61,722 nt of DNA from a bacterium (GTDB taxonomy: Bacteria > Cyanobacteriota > Vampirovibrionia > Gastranaerophilales > JBAXKC01). Numbering within the stretch: position 1 is the first letter of the stretch; each line of letters opens with the position of its first letter. Made by a program: the position numbers and the translations under genes. The notes beneath the pieces are model-generated. The model made no database searches. It saw nothing but the letters and a program-made list of their open reading frames with translations, and was not told the origin of the DNA. Positions 30,898 to 40,052 of the stretch are shown here, in pieces. The stretch lies in contig JBAXKC010000014.1 in NCBI GenBank assembly GCA_037137535.1, forward strand, positions 1 to 61,722, read 5' to 3'.

Positions 30898-30957
30898 TGG
30901 GCCTCTTTTTTTAATCAAATCGTATAACTTATTATAACAGGTTATTGTATTGATTTG

Positions 30958-30989
30958 AATGATTGATCTTATGTGAAATATCAATCATT
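30958..30989. promoter_or_regulatory. Palindromic candidate operator between divergent pilin operons
   Basis: aatgattgat-N12-atcaatcatt. Confidence 0.4.
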
Positions 30990-31156
30990 ATTTTTATGCA
31001 ATTATAAAAAGTTGCAATATTTTAAAAGTGTAATTATTTCTCAAAAAGCTAGAGTTTATCACTATTGTATGAGATAATGATATATATTCATATTTTCTAT
31101 AATGCCTTTGAACTTGGTTTATGAGTGTGTTGTTTAAAAAAATTAAAGGTAAATTT

Positions 31157-31729
31157 ATGAGAAAAGCTTTTACATTAGCTGAAATTTTGGTTTCTCTTGC
31201 ACTTCTTGCTGTAATAACAAGTATTGCTGTTCCTGTTGTTATATCAGTAGGGAATGATGCTAATGCAATGGCATATAAAGCTGCTTTTAAGTCGGCAGAA
31301 GATATAGGTCATGATGCAGTAGAAGATTGGATAACTTTTCCAACAGGGGTATTAACGAACGTGACTCCAACAAAAGCTCTTTGTAATAGATTTTTAACTA
31401 AAATGAATGTATTGACAGAGAATAGCGTTACGAATGCTATAGGTTGTCCTACCACTCAAGCAAAAACAGTTCAACAACGTATTACTGACAAAGCTCCTAA
31501 TTTTATTAATACAAATGGCATGGCATGGTATGGTATGGAAGCTGATATGGTGAATGATTGGGCAGATGGACATACTTATTTAAAGGCTTATGTGGATGTT
31601 GATGGTCCTAATAAGGGTGCTAATACCATTGGGCAAGATATTCTAGGAATAAGAATAAGAGAAGATGGACAGGTTACGACTCTTCAACGTACAGGCGCAA
31701 GTATTGAAGAAACTTATTTGGTAAATTAA
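31157..31729 (+). CDS. Type IV pilin-like protein D
   Basis: MRKA|FTLAE (start moved to 31157); NGMAWY, DVDGPNKGANTIGQDI. Confidence 0.85.
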   Translation: MRKAFTLAEILVSLALLAVITSIAVPVVISVGNDANAMAYKAAFKSAEDIGHDAVEDWITFPTGVLTNVTPTKALCNRFLTKMNVLTENSVTNAIGCPTTQAKTVQQRITDKAPNFINTNGMAWYGMEADMVNDWADGHTYLKAYVDVDGPNKGANTIGQDILGIRIREDGQVTTLQRTGASIEETYLVN

Positions 31730-31744
31730 GGTAGAGGGAAGATA

Positions 31745-32299
31745 ATGAAAAATGGATTTACAATGGCAGAGGTGCTTGTCGCATTATCTTTAGCAGCTAT
31801 AGTTGCCGCTCTTACAGTTCCTTTAATGGCCGTACAAGAACAACATTCTAAAAGTTTACGATTTAAGCAGGCTTTTGGTATCGCCTCTCAAACCACTTCC
31901 GCAATGTTGCAGAATAATCCTCTTTTTCTTAATGGAACTTTAACAAATGATGCAACAAATCACTATTTTTGTCAGGAATTTATCAGAAAAGCCAATGTTA
32001 TGTATGACGATAATGGAACTGCCGTTGATGGCGGTGGTTGTAATACTGCTTCAACTGCATATAATATAGGCAGTTATAATTTTATTACCGCAAATGGAAT
32101 GAGATGGTATGACGTTGAAAAAGATTTTGCTGATTATGATGGTAATCCTGCAACTCCTGATACTATGAATATCTGGGTCGATGTGGATGGAGGAAAAGGT
32201 AATAATACAGTTGGTGATGATATACTTTTTATTGTTGTTGATAGAAATGGTAAGGTATATCCGGGTGATGCAACCAGTCAAGCATTATTGATAAATTAA
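31745..32299 (+). CDS. Type IV pilin-like protein E
   Basis: MKNG|FTMAE; NGMRWY, DVDGGKGNNTVGDDI. Confidence 0.85.
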   Translation: MKNGFTMAEVLVALSLAAIVAALTVPLMAVQEQHSKSLRFKQAFGIASQTTSAMLQNNPLFLNGTLTNDATNHYFCQEFIRKANVMYDDNGTAVDGGGCNTASTAYNIGSYNFITANGMRWYDVEKDFADYDGNPATPDTMNIWVDVDGGKGNNTVGDDILFIVVDRNGKVYPGDATSQALLIN

Positions 32300-32310
32300 A
32301 AGGATAAAGT

Positions 32311-32868
32311 ATGAAAAATAAAAAAGGAATGACACTTGCCGAAATACTTCTTGTAATGGTTATGCTTTCAATTTTAGCGGCAATCTCAATTCCTTTGTTT
32401 AATAATACAAAAAATGCAGCATCCCGTAATGAAATACTTTATAAAAGCGCCTTTAGTGCATTTTCCAAAATAAATAATGAAATTATTCAGGATTGGAACT
32501 TTCCCGGAACGGTTATGACCAATACATCTCCTTCTTATTTATATTGTAATGAATTTGCAAAACGACTGATTTTAGCAAAAACTACAACAGGTAATACTCC
32601 TGTTGAATGTTCCAGTGTTGCTTCATCTGCTTCCTCGATTCCTTCAACTCCAAATTTTGTAACAATAAACGGTATGAGATGGTATGGTCTTAATAATGTT
32701 GATTTTACTGCTGCAGGAGGCCTTAAGTTTATCAAGGTATATGTTGATGTCGATGGGGTAAATAAAGGCAAGAATACTATTGATTCTGATATATTACCAA
32801 TTTGTGTTGCAGAAGACGGTAAAATTTGGCCATGTAGTACAACTGTGAAGAATTTGCTTTTACAATAA
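32311..32868 (+). CDS. Type IV pilin-like protein F
   Basis: MKNKKG|MTLAE; NGMRWY, DVDGVNKGKNTIDSDI. Confidence 0.85.
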   Translation: MKNKKGMTLAEILLVMVMLSILAAISIPLFNNTKNAASRNEILYKSAFSAFSKINNEIIQDWNFPGTVMTNTSPSYLYCNEFAKRLILAKTTTGNTPVECSSVASSASSIPSTPNFVTINGMRWYGLNNVDFTAAGGLKFIKVYVDVDGVNKGKNTIDSDILPICVAEDGKIWPCSTTVKNLLLQ

Positions 32869-32881
32869 AAAGGACAAAGAA

Positions 32882-33406
32882 ATGAGAAAAGCTTTTACAC
32901 TTGCTGAAGTACTTATTATGCTTGTAATTATAGGAACAATAATTGTTAGTAGTATTCCTATGATTAAATCTTCGTTGGAGGGTATAAGAAAAAAACAATA
33001 TATAGTTGCGTATAAAGTAGCACAGGCTATATCACAAGATGCTGTTCTTAATTTTAGCGTATTTAATACAGGTTTTTTAAATAATAATTCAGCTGGTTAT
33101 TGTACTGAGTTTGCCAAAAGAGTTAATAGGATTGGAGCTTTAAATCCAAATTGTGCTGCCTCTGCAATTCCAAACACACCAAACTTTATAACAACTAATG
33201 GGCTTCGTTGGTTTAGTTTGGAATCTGCTTTTGTGGCTTCAAGATTAACTATATATGCTGATGTTGATGGTCCGAACAAAGGTACAAATACTGTCGGCGA
33301 TGATATTTTAAGAATCATAGTAACGGACCAAGCAAACGTTTTTGCTCCGCTTAACAGTAAAGAATGTACTTATTTAGGCGGAAATGCTTCAGGTCATTGT
33401 ATTTAA
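32882..33406 (+). CDS. Type IV pilin-like protein G
   Basis: MRKA|FTLAE; NGLRWF, DVDGPNKGTNTVGDDI. Confidence 0.85.
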   Translation: MRKAFTLAEVLIMLVIIGTIIVSSIPMIKSSLEGIRKKQYIVAYKVAQAISQDAVLNFSVFNTGFLNNNSAGYCTEFAKRVNRIGALNPNCAASAIPNTPNFITTNGLRWFSLESAFVASRLTIYADVDGPNKGTNTVGDDILRIIVTDQANVFAPLNSKECTYLGGNASGHCI

Positions 33407-33407
33407 G

Positions 33408-34028
33408 TTAGATTGACTTAATAATCTTCTGGTATTCGGGATCTCGATAATAAGCACTAGAGGCAGTAGAAGTTTTTCCGCTGTATTTTGTGTATCTTTT
33501 TTCCGCATAAGAAAGTTTAGTAGCTTTGCTTTCAAAGAAACATATCTGTGAAATTCTTACGCCGGCATATAAAGGAATTGGCACTTGTCCAATATTTGCA
33601 AGCTCAAATGTTAATGCTCCCGAAAAACCGGGATCTACAAAACCTGCCGTGGCATGAATTAATAGGCCTAATCGTCCCCATGTGCTTCTTCCTTCAAGTC
33701 TTGCAGCAAGATCAAGAGGTACTTTTATAAATTCAAGGGTTGAAGCAAGGGCAAATTCTCCGGGGTGCAGAACAAAAGGTTCATTTGCCTTGATTTTTAC
33801 TGTTGTTACGTAGTTTTCTATATCTTTTCCAAAGTTTTTTGCATTTTCTAAAAAGTCATGGTGAGTAACATGAGATCTTTTAATTATTTTAAAATCAGTA
33901 CCTAATCTAAGATCTACTGATGTCGGGCCAAATTGTTCTTCAGGATTAATAAGCGGAGTTATTACAATTCTTTTATTTGGATCAGGATGTATAATTCTTT
34001 CAAAAATTTGTTCTTCATTAAGTATCAT
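33408..34028 (-). CDS. dcd: dCTP deaminase (trimeric dUTPase superfamily)
   Basis: SVDLRLG, LHPGEFALA, EGRSTWGRLGL, AGFVDPGFSG, ISQICF. Confidence 0.92.
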   Translation of the reverse strand: MILNEEQIFERIIHPDPNKRIVITPLINPEEQFGPTSVDLRLGTDFKIIKRSHVTHHDFLENAKNFGKDIENYVTTVKIKANEPFVLHPGEFALASTLEFIKVPLDLAARLEGRSTWGRLGLLIHATAGFVDPGFSGALTFELANIGQVPIPLYAGVRISQICFFESKATKLSYAEKRYTKYSGKTSTASSAYYRDPEYQKIIKSI

Positions 34029-34034
34029 TGGAAA

Positions 34035-35243
34035 TTACTCCTCATTAAGCAAAATTCTGTGTATTTTATTGGTTTCTATTGATTTAATAACTAAGTTATC
34101 AAGGTTATCAATAAAATGATTTAAATATTCATAATATTTAAGTGCATTGTTTTTTTCAGGATATTTTTCCATTTTTTCACTTATATAGAATCTTTCTGCA
34201 TTAATTATATTTATAGGTGCAAAAGGTTCTTCTTTTAATTTGTTTAAGTGAATATAAATATTGTCTTGATCTGTGTTTAACTCATTTTGGTAGTCAGTTC
34301 TAATTTTATCAATAGTATTTGTTGATGCAGAACATGCAAAAGATTCTTCTGATAATTTTTTAATTACTTTATGTGTTTCATCTAAATTATCATTATTGTA
34401 GATAAGAGCAGGATTTAAAATTTCTGTTATTTTAGTGCCTACGGTATTTATAAGAGTTTCAGAACATGTTTCTATTTTTTCAAACTTTTCCAATAATTCT
34501 TTATCGGCTAAGGATTTAAGAAGTTTTATAAAGTCGTTGTAATAAGGCGAAATATACTTTATAGCCTCAGAAAGTTTTATATTTTTATATAAAAATAAGT
34601 TTCTGATAAACAGTTTTTTTAGATAGTTCATATCATTTGTTGTTAATGCTTTTATAGTCTTATAATTCACAAAGGCTATGTAATGAGCAGGTCCACAAAT
34701 TTTTACGGCAGTAATATCTGAATAAATATCTTTAAATAATTCTGCAAAACCTTCGCATTCTGAAAAATCTTCTGCTTTTACACCCAAAGGCTCACAACTT
34801 ATTGCGGTCTGTTTTATTATATATGACCAGAATATCGGATTATTGCTACAAAAAGAGCTTACAGGAATAAAAGTTTTATTGTTTTTAAAACTACATTTGC
34901 TTGAAGAAAAAAAACTTTGGGCTGGTATTAACGCTAAATTTTCATAATATTTAGTAAAACTAAAAGTTTTTAATGTTTCTTCTAAAAAAATATCTATTGC
35001 ATAACAAATATCTTCATTTTTAAAATGGGCAACAGAGGATTCTAATTTTATAAATTCTTCTGCAATATTTTTAAAATCATTAATATTAGAAGCAATTATT
35101 GCCTGTTGTTTAAGAGTGGCAATATTTTCCTTGCAATACTCCAAAAAATGTTCGGGTGCTTTTTTTTGATTAAAAAAGTTTTCCAGACGTATTATATTTT
35201 CAATTAAAATATTTTTTATTTTTTTAAATTCATTATTTTTCAA
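34035..35243 (-). CDS. Hypothetical helical protein coupled to dcd, possibly a degenerate zincin-like fold
   Basis: TTG start after GGAG; ends 6 nt before dcd; DIYSDITAVKICGPAHY. Confidence 0.55.
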   Translation of the reverse strand: MKNNEFKKIKNILIENIIRLENFFNQKKAPEHFLEYCKENIATLKQQAIIASNINDFKNIAEEFIKLESSVAHFKNEDICYAIDIFLEETLKTFSFTKYYENLALIPAQSFFSSSKCSFKNNKTFIPVSSFCSNNPIFWSYIIKQTAISCEPLGVKAEDFSECEGFAELFKDIYSDITAVKICGPAHYIAFVNYKTIKALTTNDMNYLKKLFIRNLFLYKNIKLSEAIKYISPYYNDFIKLLKSLADKELLEKFEKIETCSETLINTVGTKITEILNPALIYNNDNLDETHKVIKKLSEESFACSASTNTIDKIRTDYQNELNTDQDNIYIHLNKLKEEPFAPINIINAERFYISEKMEKYPEKNNALKYYEYLNHFIDNLDNLVIKSIETNKIHRILLNEE

Positions 35244-35432
35244 ATTTAGACTCCGAGAAAGTAATCAGTAATATCTAATAGTATCTTAATCAAATTTTAT
35301 AACCTTGTAAAATCGCTCAACAGGGTAGAATACAAAAAGCAAACTATAAGGTTTAATTTATTCAAGGTTAATCTTATTCTTTTTTAAAAACAAAAGCAAT
35401 AATTAAATTGTCTGTTAGATGTAGGTAAAATA

Positions 35433-36794
35433 ATGAAGTTAATAGTAGCTGCAAATAGAGCACCATACCAGATTAAGGAAAGAAAAGACAGTGTTACTGT
35501 TGAAAAATCTTCTGGAGGATTAGTTGCAGCTTTAGATCCGATAATGAGAGATTGTGGCGGAACATGGATATGTTCCGGCAATAAGACTTTTGAAGATTAT
35601 AATCTTGAGACTCCATATAAAATAAAACAAATTAAACTTACGAAAAATGAAAATAAGCATTATTATGAGGGATTTTGTAATACTCAATTATGGCCTGTTT
35701 TTCATTACTTTCCGACACGTTATAAGTTGCATTTGAATGATTGGGATTATTACAGGCAGGTTAATCAGAAATTTGCCAATCAAATTTTAGATATTTTAGA
35801 GCCTGATGATAAAATTTGGATACATGATTATCAATTGATGCTTGTTCCTAAAATGCTCAGAGATAAAGGTGTAACAAATAAAATCGGTTTTTTCCTTCAT
35901 ATTCCTTTTCCAAATCTTGAAATTTATAAAATTTTTCCGAAAAGAAAAGAAATTTTAGAAGGGATTTTAGGCTGTGATCTAATTGGTGTTCATACAGAAA
36001 GTTATAAAAAACATTTACTTGAGAGTGTCAGCACTTTTTTCCCGGATTTAGAAATTAATGATGAAATTATTAATTATAAGGAACGAGATGTAAAAGTAAA
36101 ATCGATGCCGATTAGTATTGATTTTGAGCAAATAGACACAATGGCAAGAACTGATTATGTTAATTCAAAAACTGAAGAGATTAAGCATTATTTTAAAAGC
36201 GAAATAATAGGATTAGGCGTTGATAGACTTGATTATACAAAAGGACTTGTCGAGAAGTTTGAAGGTATAGAAGCCTTTCTTGAAAAACATCCTGAATATA
36301 TAAAAAAACTTACGTTTATTCAAATTGCAGTTCCTACAAGAACAAATGTACCTGAATATATTAATATTAAACGAGAAGTTGAGGAAACTGTCGGAAGAAT
36401 TAACGGAAAATTTTCAAGAGACGGCTGGAGTCCTATAAGTTATATTTATAATAATGTTAAATTCAACGATTTAATTTCATATTATAGAAGTGCTGATTTT
36501 ATACTTGTTTCCGCTTTAAGGGACGGTTTAAATCTTGTTGCCAAAGAATACATTGCTTCAAAAGTAAACGATAGCGGAATGTTAATTTTAAGTGAATTTA
36601 CAGGGGTTGCCGAAGAGCTTGCTCCTAAAAGTCTTATAAATCCTTATGATTCTAATTCTGTTTCAAATGCCATATTAAAAACTTTTACGGCAAGTGAAGA
36701 AGAAAAAACAAAATTAATGTCCGATGCTAGGGATTATGTTAAAAATAATAATATTTATGTTTGGGTGGATAAATTTTTAGAGCTTTTAGAATAA
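35433..36794 (+). CDS. otsA: Trehalose-6-phosphate synthase
   Basis: SSGGLV, WIHDYQL, FLHIPFP, GVDRLDYTKG, RDGLNLVAKEY. Confidence 0.96.
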   Translation: MKLIVAANRAPYQIKERKDSVTVEKSSGGLVAALDPIMRDCGGTWICSGNKTFEDYNLETPYKIKQIKLTKNENKHYYEGFCNTQLWPVFHYFPTRYKLHLNDWDYYRQVNQKFANQILDILEPDDKIWIHDYQLMLVPKMLRDKGVTNKIGFFLHIPFPNLEIYKIFPKRKEILEGILGCDLIGVHTESYKKHLLESVSTFFPDLEINDEIINYKERDVKVKSMPISIDFEQIDTMARTDYVNSKTEEIKHYFKSEIIGLGVDRLDYTKGLVEKFEGIEAFLEKHPEYIKKLTFIQIAVPTRTNVPEYINIKREVEETVGRINGKFSRDGWSPISYIYNNVKFNDLISYYRSADFILVSALRDGLNLVAKEYIASKVNDSGMLILSEFTGVAEELAPKSLINPYDSNSVSNAILKTFTASEEEKTKLMSDARDYVKNNNIYVWVDKFLELLE

Positions 36795-36804
36795 GGGATT
36801 AATA

Positions 36805-37575
36805 ATGAATAGTTTTGATTTAATTGAATCGAAAATTAAGTATAAAGAAAAAATTTTGCTTATGTTTGACTATGACGGAACTTTAACCCCTATTGTTGAC
36901 AAGCCTGAACTTGCTGTTCTAGATAAAAAAGTTAAAAATAGTCTTGAAAAAATCGCCTCAACTGATTTTATAAATGTTTCCATAATTACAGGACGACAAG
37001 TTATTGTTATAAAAGAGCTTTCGGGAATAAATAGCGATAACGTCAATATATACGGACTTCATGGCGGAGAAATGAAATTAGGAACTGAAATTATTAATAA
37101 TACTTTCAGCTTAAAAAACAATAATTTAGAATTGTTTAAAAACTCATTAAAAGAAAAATTGAATAATTACAATGGTATTTTTATTGAAGATAAAGAATAT
37201 ACTATTTCTTTGCATTATAGGCTGGCAAATGAAAAAGACTCTTTAACAGCAGTAGAGCTATTTAAAACCCAAGCTGATTTTTATAATTTACATGAAGATT
37301 TCAGGTATCAAAACGGTAAAAAAGTAATTGAGATTTTGCCGAAAAAGTTCAGTAAAAATAATGCCGTAGCTTCACAGATAGCAAACTGTCCCGAATATTT
37401 CCCCGTATTTTTTGGCGATGATTTAACTGATATTTCCGCCTTTGAAGAAGTAAAACGACATAACGGTATGGCTATTGGAGTTGGAAATATAGAATTTAGC
37501 GGTATCGATGATTATATTGAGGTTGAGGAATTGGGATTATTTATTCAACGGATTAACACTATCATTAATAATTGA
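36805..37575 (+). CDS. otsB: Trehalose-6-phosphate phosphatase
   Basis: DYDGTLTPI, TGR, LHYR, GDDLTD HAD motifs. Confidence 0.95.
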   Translation: MNSFDLIESKIKYKEKILLMFDYDGTLTPIVDKPELAVLDKKVKNSLEKIASTDFINVSIITGRQVIVIKELSGINSDNVNIYGLHGGEMKLGTEIINNTFSLKNNNLELFKNSLKEKLNNYNGIFIEDKEYTISLHYRLANEKDSLTAVELFKTQADFYNLHEDFRYQNGKKVIEILPKKFSKNNAVASQIANCPEYFPVFFGDDLTDISAFEEVKRHNGMAIGVGNIEFSGIDDYIEVEELGLFIQRINTIINN

Positions 37576-39243
37576 ACATTGATTTTTATAGTCATAATTT
37601 GTATTAATTGTTTTCTTTATTTTATATAATTTACAAAGTGGATATTTAGTTAAATCAATTAATACCGCTTTTTCCTCAGTAGTAAAGGAATTAAATAAAT
37701 CTTTTTTATCGAGTAAATTTAAATAGATTTCTTCTGCTTTATCAAATTTTCTTTTATCTTCATTCATTCTTGCTTTACATAAAAGAAAGTCATACATTTG
37801 TAATTTAGTAACTTTATTTCTATTAATTATACTTTGAGCTTTATTATAATAAGTTTCAGCTTTATTGAATTTTTCCAATTTGCTGTAATTTTGAGCTAAT
37901 TCAATTAATATATCTAAATAATCAGAAGTATTATTTTTCTCTGATAAAAGATTAAGAGCGTTTTCTCCATATTTAATTGCTTCAGTATAATTTTCTTCAG
38001 AACGAAGAAAATTTATAAGTTTTATACTATATACAATGTTTGATTTTTTGTCATCTATTAATTTATTGTCTATGACTTTTTCATAAAATATGATGTCTTT
38101 TTCTAAATTATGGTAATTTTCAAAAATTAAACCGTTTTGATTGGCAAATAGCTGTAATGTTACAGGAAAAGGAGTTTTAAATATATTTTTTTCAATTTTA
38201 GCTAATTCAATAAGTTGTATATAGGTAGAATTAAAATAATAAAGAATATACATTAAACTAAGAACTAGCAAAGAAATTAATAAAGATTTTTTTGTTGAAG
38301 TTTTAATAGGTTTAATAAATTGCGGAACATTTGATTTAGTTTTATTCAAAATAACGTTGGGTTTGCCGTTTTCTGAATTGTTATCTATTTCATTTTTAAT
38401 TTGTTCTGTTTCTATTGAATTAATACTATCTTCTTTTAATTCATTATTTTTTTCAGAATTATTTTTTAATTTGTTCTTTTGATTAAGCTTATTTTTTTTA
38501 GTGTTTTTTCTTATCTGTTTTTTTGTTTTTTTATAGCTGTTTGCTTCTGTTTTTAATAAGTTAATATTATCTTCAGTAGTCTTATTTTTTTCATTTTTCA
38601 TTTTTTTATCGTTGCTTTTATTTGTGTCTAATAAATTAATTTCATTTTCTATTATGTTATTATTCTTTTTTTGTTTATTGTAAGTAAATTCAAGACTGAA
38701 TTTTGCCCAAGTATCATCAGGATTAATTTCCAGCACTTTTAAGCAATATTCCATAGCATTTTCATATTGAGCCTTTTCTATATAAGAAGCACCTAAAATA
38801 CAGTAAATATCAATAAGAAGCTCTTCAGAAACTAAATTTACAGTTTTAGTTAAATATTTAATAGCATTATCATAATCTTTTTCATCGTAGAATAATTGCC
38901 CTAGATTAACTAAGCTCATACAATTATCGGCATCAATATTAATAGCTTTTATGTAATATTCTTTTGCTTTTTCAAACTGTCCTTGCTTTCGATAAACTTG
39001 CCCAACATTATTGTGAGCTAAATAATAATTAGGTTCTATTTCAATGGATTTAAGATAATATTCTATTGCTTTGTCATATTCTTTTAAAATTGAATAAATA
39101 TTGGCTAATTCTTTATAAGTTTCAGCCTTGTCAGGGTTTAACGCTATAGCTTTTTTATAATTTTTAATAGCTGAAGAATAATTTTGTGTTTTGGCATAAT
39201 TATGAGCTAATTCAATATAATCTTTTTCTGTGAGGTTGTTCAC
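37537..39243 (-). CDS. TPR-repeat membrane protein
   Basis: About five N-terminal TPRs, K/N-rich linker, TM helix, further TPR-like repeats. Confidence 0.85.
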   Translation of the reverse strand: MNNLTEKDYIELAHNYAKTQNYSSAIKNYKKAIALNPDKAETYKELANIYSILKEYDKAIEYYLKSIEIEPNYYLAHNNVGQVYRKQGQFEKAKEYYIKAINIDADNCMSLVNLGQLFYDEKDYDNAIKYLTKTVNLVSEELLIDIYCILGASYIEKAQYENAMEYCLKVLEINPDDTWAKFSLEFTYNKQKKNNNIIENEINLLDTNKSNDKKMKNEKNKTTEDNINLLKTEANSYKKTKKQIRKNTKKNKLNQKNKLKNNSEKNNELKEDSINSIETEQIKNEIDNNSENGKPNVILNKTKSNVPQFIKPIKTSTKKSLLISLLVLSLMYILYYFNSTYIQLIELAKIEKNIFKTPFPVTLQLFANQNGLIFENYHNLEKDIIFYEKVIDNKLIDDKKSNIVYSIKLINFLRSEENYTEAIKYGENALNLLSEKNNTSDYLDILIELAQNYSKLEKFNKAETYYNKAQSIINRNKVTKLQMYDFLLCKARMNEDKRKFDKAEEIYLNLLDKKDLFNSFTTEEKAVLIDLTKYPLCKLYKIKKTINTNYDYKNQCSIINDSVNPLNK

Positions 39244-39443
39244 TTATGATTTCCTTATATTACTTGAACGTCATAATTAAAATAGTCCCTATTAAAATTT
39301 TAGTTCAAATTTAGAAATCTGTAAAAAATTTATTTTATGAATAAAAAATGATTCTCTAGAACTAGCAATTAGTTATTAAAGATATACTTTGTATATATAA
39401 GAGGATTTTAAAAATAATTTAATAAAATAGAGGAGTTACATAA

Positions 39444-39983
39444 ATGGTTGATAAAATCGGTTCAAGTTCTTCTTCACAAAATGATTACTCAATGATAAAC
39501 AAAGAGCAACTTGCAAAAAGGTTAAAAGCACAAGGTGTTCCCGATGCGGTTATCCAACAAGGATCTCAAGCTGCAAATAAATTTTTGGAGGATCAAAAAA
39601 ATACAGGTAGTATTTTTGGAACAGTAAATGGAAATAATAATCAAAATTCTAAACTTGCACAATCGGGTGGCAATGATCCTACAAAATTTTTAAAATCTTT
39701 AGGAGTTCCTGATGATGTTATTAAAAAAGGACCAAAGGCCGTTGATGAATTTTTAAAGGGAAAAGCAGGAATAGGATCTAATAATCAATCAAATTCTAGC
39801 GTAAAAGATGATTTTGCAAAAAAATTAATGGCTTTAGGTATTCCAAAGGCAACTATTGATAAGGGTAAAGATGCAGTTAAGACTTATGCAGATAAACATC
39901 ACATACCACTGCCCGAACCTCCTAAAGAGTTGAAAAATAACTCAACTCAAAATGCTTCTAATCCTTTCAGCGTTACAGCTTAA
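39444..39983 (+). CDS. Hypothetical protein with three internal repeats
   Basis: GAGGAG RBS; three copies of L..xG[VI]P...I..G..A...[FY]. Confidence 0.7.
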   Translation: MVDKIGSSSSSQNDYSMINKEQLAKRLKAQGVPDAVIQQGSQAANKFLEDQKNTGSIFGTVNGNNNQNSKLAQSGGNDPTKFLKSLGVPDDVIKKGPKAVDEFLKGKAGIGSNNQSNSSVKDDFAKKLMALGIPKATIDKGKDAVKTYADKHHIPLPEPPKELKNNSTQNASNPFSVTA

Positions 39984-40000
39984 TTTATTCAAGATTATAA

Positions 40001-40042
40001 ACAATAGCCCCCTATTACATAATGATAATAGGGGGCTATTGT
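40001..40042. terminator. Bidirectional intrinsic terminator
   Basis: acaatagcccccta...tagggggctattgt. Confidence 0.75.
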
Positions 40043-40052
40043 AGTATAAGAG

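Noticed and set aside
30898-30984. N-terminal extension of pilin C in the ORF track (likewise 31121-31156 for pilin D)
   Set aside because: Paralogue alignment and RBS position support starts at 30897 and 31157
33408-34028. Known AvcD-type anti-phage dCTP deaminase
   Set aside because: No P-loop kinase domain or HAE/PCxxC zinc motif; it has the trimeric dUTPase-fold motifs
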